From Octopus vulgaris (lineage: Eukaryota), in assembly GCA_951406725.2 (NCBI GenBank), contig OX597831.1:62000001-62064000 (forward strand): a DNA stretch of 64,000 nucleotides, in the 5' to 3' direction. The notes beneath the pieces were generated by a model, which saw only the letters and a program-made list of their open reading frames with translations, did not search any database and was not told where the DNA came from. Positions 1 to 13,794 of the stretch are shown piece after piece. Made by a program: the position numbers and the translations under genes. Each line of letters starts with the position of its first letter. Positions within the stretch are counted from its first letter, which is position 1.

Positions 1-1071
1 TTGATGATAATGTGTAATGGCAAATTGTATAATACGTATGCATCCTTATCAATTTATGTTTATGAACTTACTCACACATAGATATGAAATCACACTAGTT
101 ACGCATAGACAAGCACACATGCATACATATATGCATATACTAAGTGACGTACCGGATAATTCTCGGGAAAGCGGGGCTTATCCCTTGGTTCCGTTCTCAT
201 GATTGTTTTATTAATCCAATAACAACAATACAAAGTATGTAGCCATTAAGACGGTTTTTTGTGTATTTACTGAGAATACCAAACTGTCTTACCGGGATCT
301 TGTTTTTAGGAATTTCCAATAAATTATGATTACCTAAATTGTGAATTCAGTTATGTAATAACATGAAATTAGTTATCCGATAGTAAGAATTCAAATAAAG
401 TAGTCCAGAAAACGGCTTTAATGCGGTTCCAGAGTATATAGAACTTAGGAGGAAATACTAATAAGGTATGTATACTAAAATCGTGAAGCATCTTACCTGA
501 TAATAGGCTAATCAGATATGAGATAATAACAATTCAAAGTAAATAACTCTGAAAAGGGTTTTTGTGCGTTCCAAGAGAATATTATCCTCAACGGCGCTAG
601 TGTTGTTATTTTTGTGAGTAATCATTAACCTAAATAAGTGGATCTATTGTTTAGGAAAATACTATTTACTTGTTTAAGGGTTGTGCTGGATAAATTGCGA
701 AAATTGCTATAACTGGTCAAATACTAAGAAATAAACATACTCAATTTGATTTATACCAAATGATTTAGGAAAATGACTGGAGTAATTCCCTTGGCTGTTA
801 AAATGAAATATATCAGATATATATATAAAGATCCCTTCCAGGGGCCCTATTATCGAGTTTTGTAACAATCTGAATATGCCATGAGGTTTTCAGACATGAG
901 TTCTACTCACGTGTCACGTTTAATCAAAATCGAATAAAACGACGTAGGAAGAGTTAGTTAACAACTCCACAAACACAACCACAGACAGAATTTTCCACAT
1001 ATATTATAGATTTATACATGCATCTGTGTGTGTGCACGTGTGGTTGTGTGTGAATATGTTTATGTCTTTAA

Positions 1072-1285
1072 TCTTTTATCTTTTACTTGTTTCAGTCATT
1101 TGACTGCGGGAATGCTGGAGCACCGCCTTTAGTCGAGCAAATCGACCCCGGGGCTTATTCTTTTGTAAGACCAGTACTTATTCCATCGGTCTCTTTTGCC
1201 GAACCGCTAAGTGACGGGGACGTAAACACACCAGCATCGGTTGTCAAGCAATGCTAGGGGGTCAAACACAGACACACAAACATAT

Positions 1286-1332
<47 letters not shown>

Positions 1333-1494
1333 TACGACAGGCTTCTTTCAGTTTCCGTCTACCAAATCCACTCACAAGGCTTTGGTCGGCCCGGGGCTAT
1401 AGCAGAAGATACTTGCCCAAGGTGCCACGCAGTGGGAGTGAACCCGGAACCATGTGGTTAGCAAGCTACTTACCACACAGCCACTCCTGCGCCT
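1072..1494 (-). mobile_element. tRNA-derived CORE-type SINE (cephalopod family) with internal (CA)/(TA) microsatellite
   Basis: Minus strand reads AGGCGCAGGAGTGGCTGTGTGGTAAG (A box)...GGTTCACTCCCACTGCGTGGCACCTTGGGCAAGT (B box plus CORE-like CCTTGGGCAAGT). The 3' half is shared with several other copies in the window. Confidence 0.85.
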
Positions 1495-2340
1495 ATGTGT
1501 ATACTGTATTGATCCAACGGAATCATAATGTCAACTGAAAGCATTTTTTATGTATTTCGGGACCTAGTTGTCAGCCAGAATCATGGTTAGCTTCCTGATT
1601 TTCTGTTTCTTATAAGATATGCCAACATTTAAGCTTAAAAACAACCTCAAAGCCTTCATCTCATTGGTGTCAGGACAATAAATTAAAGCTATTTAGCGAA
1701 TTGGTATGGGAACTGGCCTTTAGAAAAGTAGAGTTTACAGTAAACCTTTCAGTTTAATGCTTCATATTGGCAATATTTAAATCCCTGCTTACAATGATTA
1801 GGAAACACAAATACGACTCCGAGTGGAGACAACCATGTTGAATGAAATATACTGGTGGCAAAATCTACGTAAATTTCTATCTTAACATTAATATTCCTAA
1901 ATGTAATTAAGAGAGAGCCGTAATATCTCCAGTTTTGGAATCAGACGTGTGATGGCATTCAAGTGTATTGATTTTAGGGAGAATCTAGTACATAACAATT
2001 TCATTTTTCATTATTATTGTCAATTACTTTAAATCGTTGAATCAGTTCAAAGATTTTTAAGTTCACTTTATTCATCATAAATCCTACCACATTGGTTCCA
2101 TTTCCGTTATTTTTATACATCTGTTGACTCGAATTTTGTGATGGGATTTCCGTTTGACAACTTGTGCTAAGGGCGATGATATTTTCACCCCAAGAAGTTC
2201 ATTTACACAATGCGTATATGTTTTGAATTGCATTGGGAATTAACACGGACAAAAACAAAATCTGAGCGTTTTCGGAAATACCTTGTTTCAGTCATGTGAT
2301 TTCAGTATTTCATATTTACATAAATGCGAGCCTGAGAATA

Positions 2341-2560
2341 TACGAGGGTTTGATGAAAAGTTCCTGGTTTAGAATTTAAAAAAATACAGCAGGATCAGTT
2401 AATTGTAATTCTATTCAACATATTTCTCTCTCAGGTTCACACATATATTGCAATGGTCCTTCAGTTTTTTAAACCTGGTAAAAGAACTCGAAAGTTTGGG
2501 CATCAAACCAGGCCTTTCGCGATACCCTTAAAGCCAGGTACTTTTCAGTACGCCCTCGTA
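2341..2560. mobile_element. Mariner-type MITE
   Basis: About 30-bp imperfect TIRs (TACGAGGGTTTGATGAAAAGTTCCTGGTTT / AAAGCCAGGTACTTTTCAGTACGCCCTCGTA), TA at both ends, no ORF. Confidence 0.8.
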
Positions 2561-3391
2561 CATTCCATGGAAGTGATATAGTATTGAGTTGTTACAGCAC
2601 CTTGTCATATGTTTTACATACGCTGATAAAAGGGCTCTGTTATCAACACTAGAGTTATTAAAGATAGTTTAAATAATGTTATTGACTATACATATAATAA
2701 GGTTATCTTAATTTTAAGTCGGAGTGCAGTAAGCAGTGATACAAAATTACTCCGAAATACAGTTGCTTTTATTGTTACCAAAATCACTTGCTAGACTTCA
2801 AAGTGAGTTGCATATCAATTATGGAAGACAACGAAAATTTAATAACGTTGCTTGTAATAATCTTCCTGCTAGAATTTTCGTTTTATGACTAACATTTGTA
2901 CAACACAGAGACATAAACAACTATTGACTAAATCACACCTGTCACTGAAATCCGATTGTCCTAGAAAGAAATGTACTCACATGATGGCAGATTACAATCT
3001 TTCCCTTATAGTCCCAGAGTTCAAATCGCCTTTGGTTAACTTTCGCAGTTTCATTTAATGTTCGCCAATTTTAAAATGAAGATAAACGAGTCGTCTGTAC
3101 TAATGAAACAATCAATATTTAAATTTAAGTTTCCGTCCTTTGACGCAAGCGTGATAGACGTTTCTGATTCCTTATTAAAATCATTTTACTGATGGGACTC
3201 AATAAATGTCATCCAACAATCAGGTACTCTCTAAAATCTAAAAGACTTTGCATTACAAAACTATAATGAATATCAAAGCATATTCATAATTAACTTTCAA
3301 TATTGAACGCACAGTTGTTAGAGATTTAGCACAAGAATTTGTACAGTTAATGATTTTGATGCTCTGCATTATGAAATCAAATGGACACTGA

Positions 3392-3973
<582 letters not shown>

Positions 3974-4246
3974 GAAGCAAGCTTTATACCTCACAGCCAT
4001 GTTTGTATAAGTTGTCTTAATTTTGTCGTTATGTTGAAAGATATATGAATGCACACATACGAATGTTTCTATATTTTATAATTATTTTTTCCTCGTTGTG
4101 AACACATATTTCATTAATTTACTGTTTGTTTAAGAGCCTATTTGTGTTATCGATCTTGTCAAAACTCTTTCTCCCTTTGTTCGATTCTACCTTCTTCGCC
4201 GAACTGAACAATAAATATCTGATGTCGTTATTATGATGACAGATGG

Positions 4247-5090
4247 AGGCTGCGAGCTGGCAGAATCGTTAGCACACCGGGCAAAATGCTTAGCCATATT
4301 TTGCCCGTTGCTACGTTCTGAGTTCAAATTCAACCGGGCATCGACTTTGCCTTCATCCTTTCGAGGTCGATTAAACAATTACCAGTTACGCACTGGGGTC
4401 GTTGTAATCGACTTAATCTCTTCCCCCAAATTCAAGGCTTTGTGCCCCCAGAAGAAAGTATATTGTGATGACAGTTGTGAGACGGTATGCCGGCGGAATG
4501 GTTTGCTCGCCGGACATTTCGTCCGTCTTTCCATGCGAGGTCGACTTTGCCTTGCATCCTTCGGGGTCGATAAAATAAGTACTGTTTGAACACTTGGATC
4601 AACATAATCGACTCACCCAGCTCCCCTAAAATTTCAGGCCTTGTGCCAAAATTTTTAAACCGATATTATAATGATAACGGTAGGGCTGCGAGCTGGAATG
4701 ATTATTAGCACGCTAGGTAAAATCCCTAGAGGCATTTCGTCCGTCTTTACTTTCTGAATTCAAATTCCACCGAGACCTACTTTGCCTTACATCCTTTCCG
4801 AGTCAAGAATATAAGCAGCAGTTTAGCACTGAACTCGATTTAATCGATTTAGCCCCTTTCCCTTGAATTCTAACCGATATTAAGACGATAGTTGTAAGGT
4901 AGCGAGGTGGCATAATTGTTAACAAGTTGAGCAAAATGTTTAGCGGCAATTCCTCCGACTTAACGTTCTAAGTTCAAATTTCAACACGTTCTACTTTGTC
5001 TTAAGTCATTTCCGAGTCGAAAATATACGTACTCTTTGAGCATTGGGGTCGAACTTGATGGCCTCGTACCCAAATTTGAAATCAATATTA
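4247..5090 (+). mobile_element. Cluster of about 4-5 degenerate head-to-tail copies of a second tRNA-derived SINE (GGCGGCGAGCTGGCAGAA family)
   Basis: Repeated motifs GCGAGCTGGCAGAAT, GTTCAAATTC and GTCGACTTTGCCTT(T)CATCCTTTCG(A/G)GGTCGAT at about 4250, 4540, 4690 and 4900. Confidence 0.75.
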
Positions 5091-5964
5091 TGATACAGTT
5101 GGCCGAAATGTTTGACTGTTAGGAAGCCCAAATTCACGCATTGGGTGATGTGAGTTATTTTTCTTAAACTACGTGGACACTAAACATATATAATTTTAAA
5201 AAAAACATATACATAAGCACATGCTGACAGATATTCATGGAACTTGTACTCTTCCTCACTGATATCGATAATAAGAGAAGTTATTTTTGTTTCTGTATAG
5301 TAAGACTATACAGAGGAAACGTATCTGTTGCGATGGTCATATGACGTCATAGCGAGCAACACTTGTGGCTATCAAATTAAACGAAAAATGGAGTTATCAG
5401 GCATGTGACAAATAAAACTATGTGCTACACAGACAAGATTGAAATATCAATATTTACTTAGTCAGACGTTTGTAAATATCTGGTAAAAAGGAACTAAAAA
5501 ATATTCATGTGCTTATATAAATGGAATGCATCAAATGGTATGTGAAATCGAAAGTAAAAATAGGAACAGTTGAGAATGGAAGTAAACCAAGAAAATAAAG
5601 AAATAATAAGCAAAAATGATAAAGTATGTGTCTATGTATGTGTATTTATATATTATGTATTCACACACAGATAAACACACACACATAAGCAGTTTGAATT
5701 ACCTATATAAAAAAAGGAAGTGAGGTGCACAGACGACATTGGTAGGTCATGAGATATAGTTTCCAATTTTGTAACAAAAAAAAAACAGATACTGATTTTA
5801 ATGGGGGGCTGTAAGTTAAGAACTCAAATATTCTGTTAAATTTTTACTTTAATTTAAGTGAAATTATTAAAATTTTCTCATAATCAAGACGTATGTATGA
5901 GATCAGTTTGTATGCAGAGAGTCAGATCTTGTACGTAACATATACCGTTAGCATACGCACTCTC

Positions 5965-6190
<226 letters not shown>

Positions 6191-6207
6191 AAATATATAT
6201 ATATATA

Positions 6208-6392
6208 ACTGAAATTTATTGAAAACATAAGATGAAGACAGGCTTATGAATAACAAGCAAGCGTATTAGTTTGACGCTCGGGAAAATGAAGAAGTCTTTT
6301 ACATTTCAAACCTACGCCCTTCACAAGAAAGGAATAAAAGTAAGTAGACTGAGAGAGAATGAAAAAGACTTGAAGATTTCAGCGGTCCAGCA
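6208..6392 (-). mobile_element. Degenerate short Penelope-pLTR-like element
   Basis: Homologous (reverse complement) to 23613-23790 and 34773-34962: GATGAAGACAGG...GTATTAGTTTGACGCTCGGGAA...TTTTACATTTCAAACCTACGCCCTTC. Confidence 0.6.
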
Positions 6393-6730
6393 TATATGTG
6401 TTTGTGTGTGGTGTGGAGGGAGATAGGCTGAGAGATTAAACGAAATTGTTTTGTTGCACATGGACACAAACGTATAAAAAATAAATTGAAAATACATTAG
6501 GAGTCTTTTACATTTATTTTAAAAAGTTTGTCGATTTTTCTGATGTTCAAAATTTGAGATAGAAAGACGCGAGGCTACACTGAAACTGTCTTCCTTCTGA
6601 CCGGAGTTAAAAAATTCTCTTAACATTGCTCAAATTAGTTAGGGTAGGAGGCTGGTTAGGACAGAATTCGATTTGGAAAGAATGTTCACATGGTAAGGCT
6701 TAGAATTTTTTTTTATTTCCTTTTTCGTCC

Positions 6731-7380
6731 AAGTGTTTATATCATGTTACAATATAATTTGTGCCGAAAATCAAGGCTCACACAACTGAGTGAATGCGTC
6801 TTGTGACAGTCCCAAACAATCAAGGCGTTTTCAATTTAATCTGTCAAAAGATACCAGAACCCAGTACTACACAGCACCCACTGAGTGAGCACATCGCCAT
6901 ATGAACAAAAAAGAGGGCTCCAAATTCTAGGTCTTTTCACTTAACTTGGTTCAGTAAATGCCACCAGATCAAGCGCAAATAAACTTAGAAAATAACTTAT
7001 TACAAAAATACAAACCAAGACTGAGTAAATTTTAGCAAAGTACAATCACCAACAACTACTCACACACAAATTCATTCTGTCACATGACGTTAGATTTATA
7101 AACCAACAAACTTAATTTGGGGCACAGCCATGATTGTTTCTCGTATGACACAAACGCAGGGATTTAGTAGGAAACAAAATGTTATGCTTACGCATATATA
7201 AACAAACGATATACATTCAGGCACCGGATTACATATAAACAGATCTGTTCCTCTCTGCCATTTAACAGATTCAATGTTAAGAACCCTGGCCGTTTGGGAC
7301 TGTCACTAGATACGCTCAAACAGACATGAAAGCCTTAATTTTCGGTACAAGCATTGTCACGTGATAGCGGTTCACTTACT
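6731..7380. mobile_element. Element bounded by about 100-bp degenerate inverted repeats (MITE/foldback)
   Basis: 6741-6826 (ATCATGTTACAAT...GTGCCGAAAATCAAGGCT...TGTGACAGTCCCAAAC) mirrors 7284-7366 (GTTTGGGACTGTCAC...AGCCTTAATTTTCGGTACAA...ATTGTCACGTGAT). Confidence 0.6.
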
Positions 7381-7620
7381 GAAATTTCTAAGTATGTATG
7401 TATGTATTTTAAGATCCTCAAAGATCAGAACTTAATTGCAACTTTTGGTGGCCCAAGTCGGATATGCAATTTATATGGGTGTCTTTTGAAGACATTGTCT
7501 AGTTTAAAAAGCCACATCAGACGCCATGATAGATCTAAAGTGTACGCAAAAGAGGTAGTCAAACTCAGCATAAGGAGTAGATAACCATCATGTATGTAAG
7601 TATGTATGCATGAAGGAAAG

Positions 7621-7678
<58 letters not shown>

Positions 7679-7687
7679 GTATGTATA

Positions 7688-8218
7688 TCCGAGCAAAACG
7701 TCCCCTCGCCGTCCAATGGTCAGTGCTGAATCATATCTGCTGAATTTAAAGCAATCAGTATTTTCTTTTTATTAAAAAATAATTATGCATACATTTATTT
7801 CAATAAAAATTTGATTATATTAAACGAAATTAAGGCAAAAAAAATCTTCTTGAGAAACCAAACAGTCTTTCCTTCCTTCATGTCAAGTTTGAAGAAAATA
7901 TATCTTTTACATCTTACTTTTTGGTCTCTGAAATATACCGCCTTTTGTGGCAGTATTTCAAGCCAGCCGGCGTTTTTTGCGTAAACTGCACGTGCATTTT
8001 TCTCGCGTACGCGTAGTATCGATCGCAACAGCTGATGTCTTTGCGCGTACAAATGCACGTTCTCACAGCTTTATCGATCGCATTCTCACCTGGAATCGAT
8101 TTTTGTAAATTTTTCAAGATTTATACACGCCCTGATACCGTCGGTATCTACATGCCAGATTTTAGCGCAATCGGATGGTGGACGCACACACAGACAGAAC
8201 GGATTTTATATAATAGAT
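7688..8218 (-). mobile_element. Non-autonomous Helitron-like element
   Basis: Minus strand starts A|TCTATTATATAAAATCCGTTCTGTCTGTGTG...CCGATTGCGCTAAATCTGGCATGTAGATA, the TC-start / TATA / CTGT-repeat layout typical of invertebrate non-autonomous Helitrons. The CTAG 3' end is not visible. Confidence 0.45.
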
Positions 8219-8554
8219 ATAGAGGCAGAAATAGTTACGCCACTAAAGTGAACAAAGGGTACTAATCAGCACCGGTATTGCTAGAAATAAGAATCAAAAC
8301 AACTCAAAAGCCACAAAAGCACTGACTTAATGACTGACAAGGGAAACAAACTCCCTACGGTCGCAGATATAGCCAGATCATCTATAATTTCGCATTTTGA
8401 CTCTTATTTCTAGCAATACTAATTTTCGCTAGTGCCCTTTGCTCACTATATTTCTTTGTTCAATATATTTCTGCCTTTAGGTTGAAAATTTCGAATTAGC
8501 CACCCATATTATATATATATGTATATATTTATTTCTTTTTTTTTTATTCTATCA

Positions 8555-8758
8555 TTTCTTTTACTTGTTTCAGTCATTTGACTGCGGTCATGCTGGAGCA
8601 TCACCTTTAGTCGAACAAATCGACCTCAGAACTTATTCTTTGTAAACTTAGTACTCATTCTACCGGTCTCTTTTGCAGAACCAGAAATTTACGGGCACGT
8701 AAACACACCAACATTTGTTGTCAAGAGATGGAAATATATACATACATACATACATACA

Positions 8759-8794
<36 letters not shown>

Positions 8795-8915
8795 TATATA
8801 TATTATATATTAAATTAATTATATATATTATTTGTTATTTATGTATTGTTATTATGTCTATCACTGTTTGAGTTGGTTGCATAATAGTGGTTTTATCTCA
8901 AATTCATATTTTATA

Positions 8916-8980
<65 letters not shown>

Positions 8981-9076
8981 GACGGGTTTTCTTTAGTTTC
9001 CGTCTACCAAATCCACTCACAAATCTTTAGTCAGACCGAGATTATGGCAGAAGATACTTGCTTAAGGTGCCACGCA
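8555..9076 (-). mobile_element. CORE-type SINE copy
   Basis: TTCAGTCATTTGACTGCGGTCATGCTGGAGC...TTTCCGTCTACCAAATCCACTCAC...AAGGTGCCACGCA, same family as 1072-1494. Confidence 0.8.
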
Positions 9077-9515
9077 TGTGACATATATGTCAGAAGTGCT
9101 CTAAACATATTAGTTTCAAGTTCAGGACAGGAGGTATGTCAATAACATCGATCGCAGTACTCAGCTGGTACTCATTTATCGACCCCCAAAAGATTGAAAA
9201 GCAAAGTCGACCTCAGCGGAACTGAAACATGAATATTTGTCTGTTTTTAAATTTAAGTTAAAGAATGCTTCTTGGTACATATCCTGGTTATCAGTTTCAG
9301 TATTCATATGTCGGTATTCTTACTCGCATAGAACATAGACACATACACAGACAGATAGATAGACAGGACAGACAGACAGACACACACACACACACAGACA
9401 CTCTCACACACACGCACATTTCTACATACAAGCTCCTTCGAATATCATCATGGTTCGAGCTGATGTCAATGGATAGCCCCATACCGCTAACACCGTCCCG
9501 CCCGCAGCAGAGACA

Positions 9516-9566
<51 letters not shown>

Positions 9567-9717
9567 TTAGTACAGAGCTAATTGATCGTTATGCAATTCT
9601 TCCTTATGTTGTTGAGTAGATATGTGCCTTCGGCCATTTAAGTCTGACAAATCGTCTATATTGCTAAGCAATTTATAGTCACTCCAATGGCCATAACTTT
9701 TACTTTCTTAAGATAAT

Positions 9718-9753
<36 letters not shown>

Positions 9754-9967
9754 AAGAGAGAGAGAAAGTCGTCAGAATTTTGGAAAAAAATCCTTCTATT
9801 TCTTCATTATTATTAGCGCTTTTGTTCCTCTGTAGAACTTGTCAAATTGTATTTGACAAGTTCTAGAGAGGAATCAAAGTGCTGATAATAATGAAGAAAT
9901 GAAAGGACTTTTTTCCAAAATTCTGACGACTTTTTTTTTTCTCAATATTCAATTCTGTACATCACAC

Positions 9968-10001
<34 letters not shown>

Positions 10002-10078
10002 CTCTCTATATATATACATATATGTGTGTGTGTATGTATGTATGTATATATGTATGTATGTGTATGTGTATATGTATA

Positions 10079-10125
<47 letters not shown>

Positions 10126-10946
10126 TATAATGATAGACTTGCGTTACTCTCCTTCACAGCATATGAATGAAAAAGGATGGGGTGATAGATGAATAAGGAA
10201 ACAAGTGGTGATGGCAAATGGTAGTGGGGTGATGGAAATTGTACGATGAGAAAAAACAATCAACCAGTGTTTCAACTGTGTGTGAGTATATGTGCGTATG
10301 TGTATGCATGTACAAGGGAAGTGTGTGAATGTTTGTATATGTGGATATTGTGTACTGATTTTGTATCTTATTTATATATAAAATACTAAAATTAGCCGTC
10401 ATTTTTTACGGCACGGGGCCAGCAATGCATATGTGAGTATAATACACAGACATACAATATATTTACATACACACAGGGAAGACAGAAGTACACATAGGTA
10501 CGCTCTCATTCTTTTTTATATATGTATATGTACATACATGTGTATCATTATTTACAAGTAAAAGGACGACATAATTCTTTATTCTTCACAGTAAATATAT
10601 CAAGTCTTCTAAATGATAGATATATTCTGATTGAAAATTACTGACTAATGGACACGTAATCAGACGCATGAGAGTAAGTTGCATTTCCAAGCAGTACAGA
10701 AAGACAAAGAAACCTCGAATGTATTCGACGAAATGTCTGTATGTACACACGCGCGCACACACACACACACATTCACACACACACACAAACACGCGCGCGC
10801 TCACACACGCTCGCACGTACGCACTCACACGCAGACACTCATACATAAGATATAAATATGCAAGTGAACGCGTGCGGGTGTGTGCATGTGTCAATATGTG
10901 TATATGTATATGTATATATAAATATGTTTGTATATATATATGCTTG

Positions 10947-10978
<32 letters not shown>

Positions 10979-10983
<5 letters not shown>

Positions 10984-11872
10984 TAATAAATAAAATATAT
11001 GCATACATACAAACATATATGTACGTACCTACATCTACATGTACATATACATGCATATATAAATATATACGTGAGTACAGGACACCACAACAAGACGTAG
11101 AACTCAACAAGAAACGAAAATGGAAAAACAAGCATGGAACAAACCATTTTTTTACAACAGAAAAACAGAGTACAAGACAACTACACAAGGAAAAATCCCC
11201 TTCATCAGCTGTCTCTGGTTCGACTCTAGCGTGTTTCGAAAGTAAGACAGAACGCGACTCGTTGAAACTAGCCCTTCCTGCGAGAGAATTAAAATAAAAT
11301 TACTTCGCAGGGGGGTAAAAACAAGAAAGAAAAAAAAAAAAAGATGTAACACAAACAGGACGTAAAAACGATACAAATAAAAATACAAAATAAAATACAA
11401 GATAAAAATACATGTACAAGAAAATACAATACGAGAAATAAAAATAAAAATAAACAAGAAAACAATAGAAAAGGCCTTTTTCTGACTTAGACGGAGGAGA
11501 TTCTGGCAGCGCAAGGGAAAGCAAATGTGTGTTCACAGTTTGAAGGCCGCATGTAAAAAGGAAGTAGTTTTGGCTAGCAGTGACAAAGATGAGGAGGAGT
11601 GAGAGAGAGAGATAGAGGAAGACAAGCGACTGAGAGAGAGATGAGGAAGAGTGAGAGAGAGAGAGAGAGAAGGGAAGGTAAAGCAAAGAGATAAAGAATT
11701 TCGCGTCATAATTAATATATAAAACAGTACTTGGAGAAGAAGAAGAACGGAACGAAACGAACGAATCGAATCGAATCGACGCGAGGGCGCTGTCAAACAA
11801 TAGTGTAATAAATAAAATATATGCATTTCGATTCGTTCGTTTCGTTCCGTTCTTCTTCTTCTCCAAGTACTG
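10979..11872 (-). mobile_element. Penelope-like non-autonomous element with terminal direct repeat and short inversion, flanked by (TA)n
   Basis: 26-bp direct repeat 10979-11004 / 11801-11826. Perfect 46-bp inverted repeat 11725-11770 / 11827-11872. CTGATGA on the minus strand at about 11203-11209. Confidence 0.5.
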
Positions 11873-11960
<88 letters not shown>

Positions 11961-11964
<4 letters not shown>

Positions 11965-12127
11965 GATCCAAACATGAACAAGCAAGAAAGAAATAACAAC
12001 GTGAGGACGTGGAAAAAGTACAGTGTTATTGGACGCCCATGAAAGAGGATTTCACGTTTCGAGCGGAGCAGTCCAAAGAAAGGAAGACGGAGAAAGAAAA
12101 TCACCAACGATACACACGCGATCACAT
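11961..12127 (-). mobile_element. Short Penelope-pLTR-like element (partial hammerhead motif)
   Basis: Reverse complement of 51195-51386. Contains GCTCCGCTCGAAACGT on the minus strand and abuts (TA)n. Confidence 0.65.
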
Positions 12128-12135
12128 ATTATATA

Positions 12136-12355
12136 TGGCAGAAACGTTAGCACGCCGGGCGAAATGCGTTGCTGTATTTCGTTTGCCGTTACGTTCCGTG
12201 TTCAAATTCCGCCGAGGTCGACTTTGCCTTTCATCCTTCCGGGGTCGATAAATTAAGTACCAGTTACGCACTGGGGTCGATGTAAACGACTTAATCCGTT
12301 TGTCTGTCCTTGTTTGTCTCCTCTGTGTTTGGCCCCTTGTGGGTAGTAAAGAAAT
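12136..12355 (+). mobile_element. GGCGAGCTGGCAGAA-family tRNA SINE, near full length
   Basis: GGCAGAAACGTTAGCACGCCGGGCGAAATG...GTTCAAATTCCGCCGAGGTCGACTTTGCCTTTCATCCTTCCGGGGTCGATAAATTAAGTACCAG...GTAAAGAAATA. Confidence 0.9.
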
Positions 12356-12789
12356 ATATTATATATATGTATATATAATATATATATGTATATAATATCA
12401 TATATATGTATATATAATTTGGTAACAAAAACGGGACAGTGAAAACAAACAGTAAAGGCTGCTAATCCATAAAGAGGTGAAGTGGTTAATGCTGAAGGAA
12501 CAAGCTTTAACAGGAGAAAATATAGCAGAAGATAATTACAAGAAAGCGTGTGATCTGTGTGGCAGATGAAAAGGGAAGAAAGAAGGTGAAGTTAGGAAAA
12601 GAAAGATGGCCGGTGTTCACGTGTGTGCCACGGAAGAGGAAAGGAGGAAAGTGAGAAAGAGAGAAAGGGATAGATAGAGGAGGGTGAATGGGAGAGGAAA
12701 AGAGTTAGGGAAAGGATGAGGGAGAAAAACGAAATGGCGAGAAGGGAGATAAAATGTATTAGAGAAAGGAAGAGAGAGGAAACGAAAGG

Positions 12790-12859
<70 letters not shown>

Positions 12860-12882
12860 CATACACATACACACGTGCGGAA

Positions 12883-13522
12883 ACACCGATTGATTTATGC
12901 ACCTCTGTCTACAAGTATTAGTGCTAAGAATATTAAATAATTTAAGTGCTAGCACTGGTATTAGTTGTGACAACACTTACATTTAACATAACAGCCTTAT
13001 TTCAAATCTCATTAAACAATATCAACGTAACTTTCCGTATTTTGATCTACGAGATAATTCATGATTTTATGATCGCATTCCTCATTACTCAGAGTTAATG
13101 GCTGTAGAATCCCACCAACAAAGACCATTAACGAGATATAGGGAATAGGTAGATGTTAGCACTTATCATGGCCATGGTGGTACAGGAATCTTTAAGGCGT
13201 GGTATTTACGCATCTGCTAATGAAATTGCTAAACTTTCATTGTTTGTGTCAGGTTTAACTATGTCTCGTCCTTATACCATTCCTTGTACTTGTTTCAGTC
13301 ATTGGGCAGGAGCCATGCTGGGGCATCACACACGCTCATAAGTAATATAAATAGGTATGGACATGATGGTACAGGAATCTTTAAGGCGTGGTATTTACGC
13401 ATTTGTTAATTATATTGCTAAACTTTCATTATTTATGACAGGTCTAACTACGCCCGTTCTTATATCATACCTTGTATTTGTTTCAGTCATTTGGCAGGAG
13501 CGATGCTGGGGCATCGCACGCG
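12883..13522 (+). repeat. Local duplication, copy 1 (about 440 bp) plus an adjacent partial third copy (13358-13522)
   Basis: 12883-13326 aligns by eye with 16063-16497. The GGTACAGGAATCTTTAAGGCG block occurs three times. Confidence 0.9.
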
Positions 13523-13794
13523 CTTATACATAAAATATAAATATGCATGTGAACGTGTACCAGTGAGTGTGTGTATGTGCGTATATCTATGTGTGTATAT
13601 GTTTGTGTGTGTGTGTATGTGTGTGTGTGTGTGTGTGTATACATATATATAAACCCATGAATTTGTTCAGAACCATTCCAATCACTGCTACGTGTCACTT
13701 TTATATCACTTGACCATTTAAGAGTATTTCACCAACATCCTACTACTGCCATACTACTTCCGTCTTTTTATTATTTTTCTCTTCTTTTCCTACT

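Noticed and set aside
7430-7535. C2H2 zinc-finger-like peptide (ICNLYGCLLKTLSSLKSHIRRH)
   Set aside because: A single degenerate finger with no array or linker. More likely a LINE 3' scrap than a ZNF gene.
13153-13341. Paralogous small ORFs MLAL/MSAL...VVQESLRRGIYASANEIAKLSLF (also 16327)
   Set aside because: Similarity is explained by the DNA duplication. The ORFs end in SINE sequence and the frames are not conserved.
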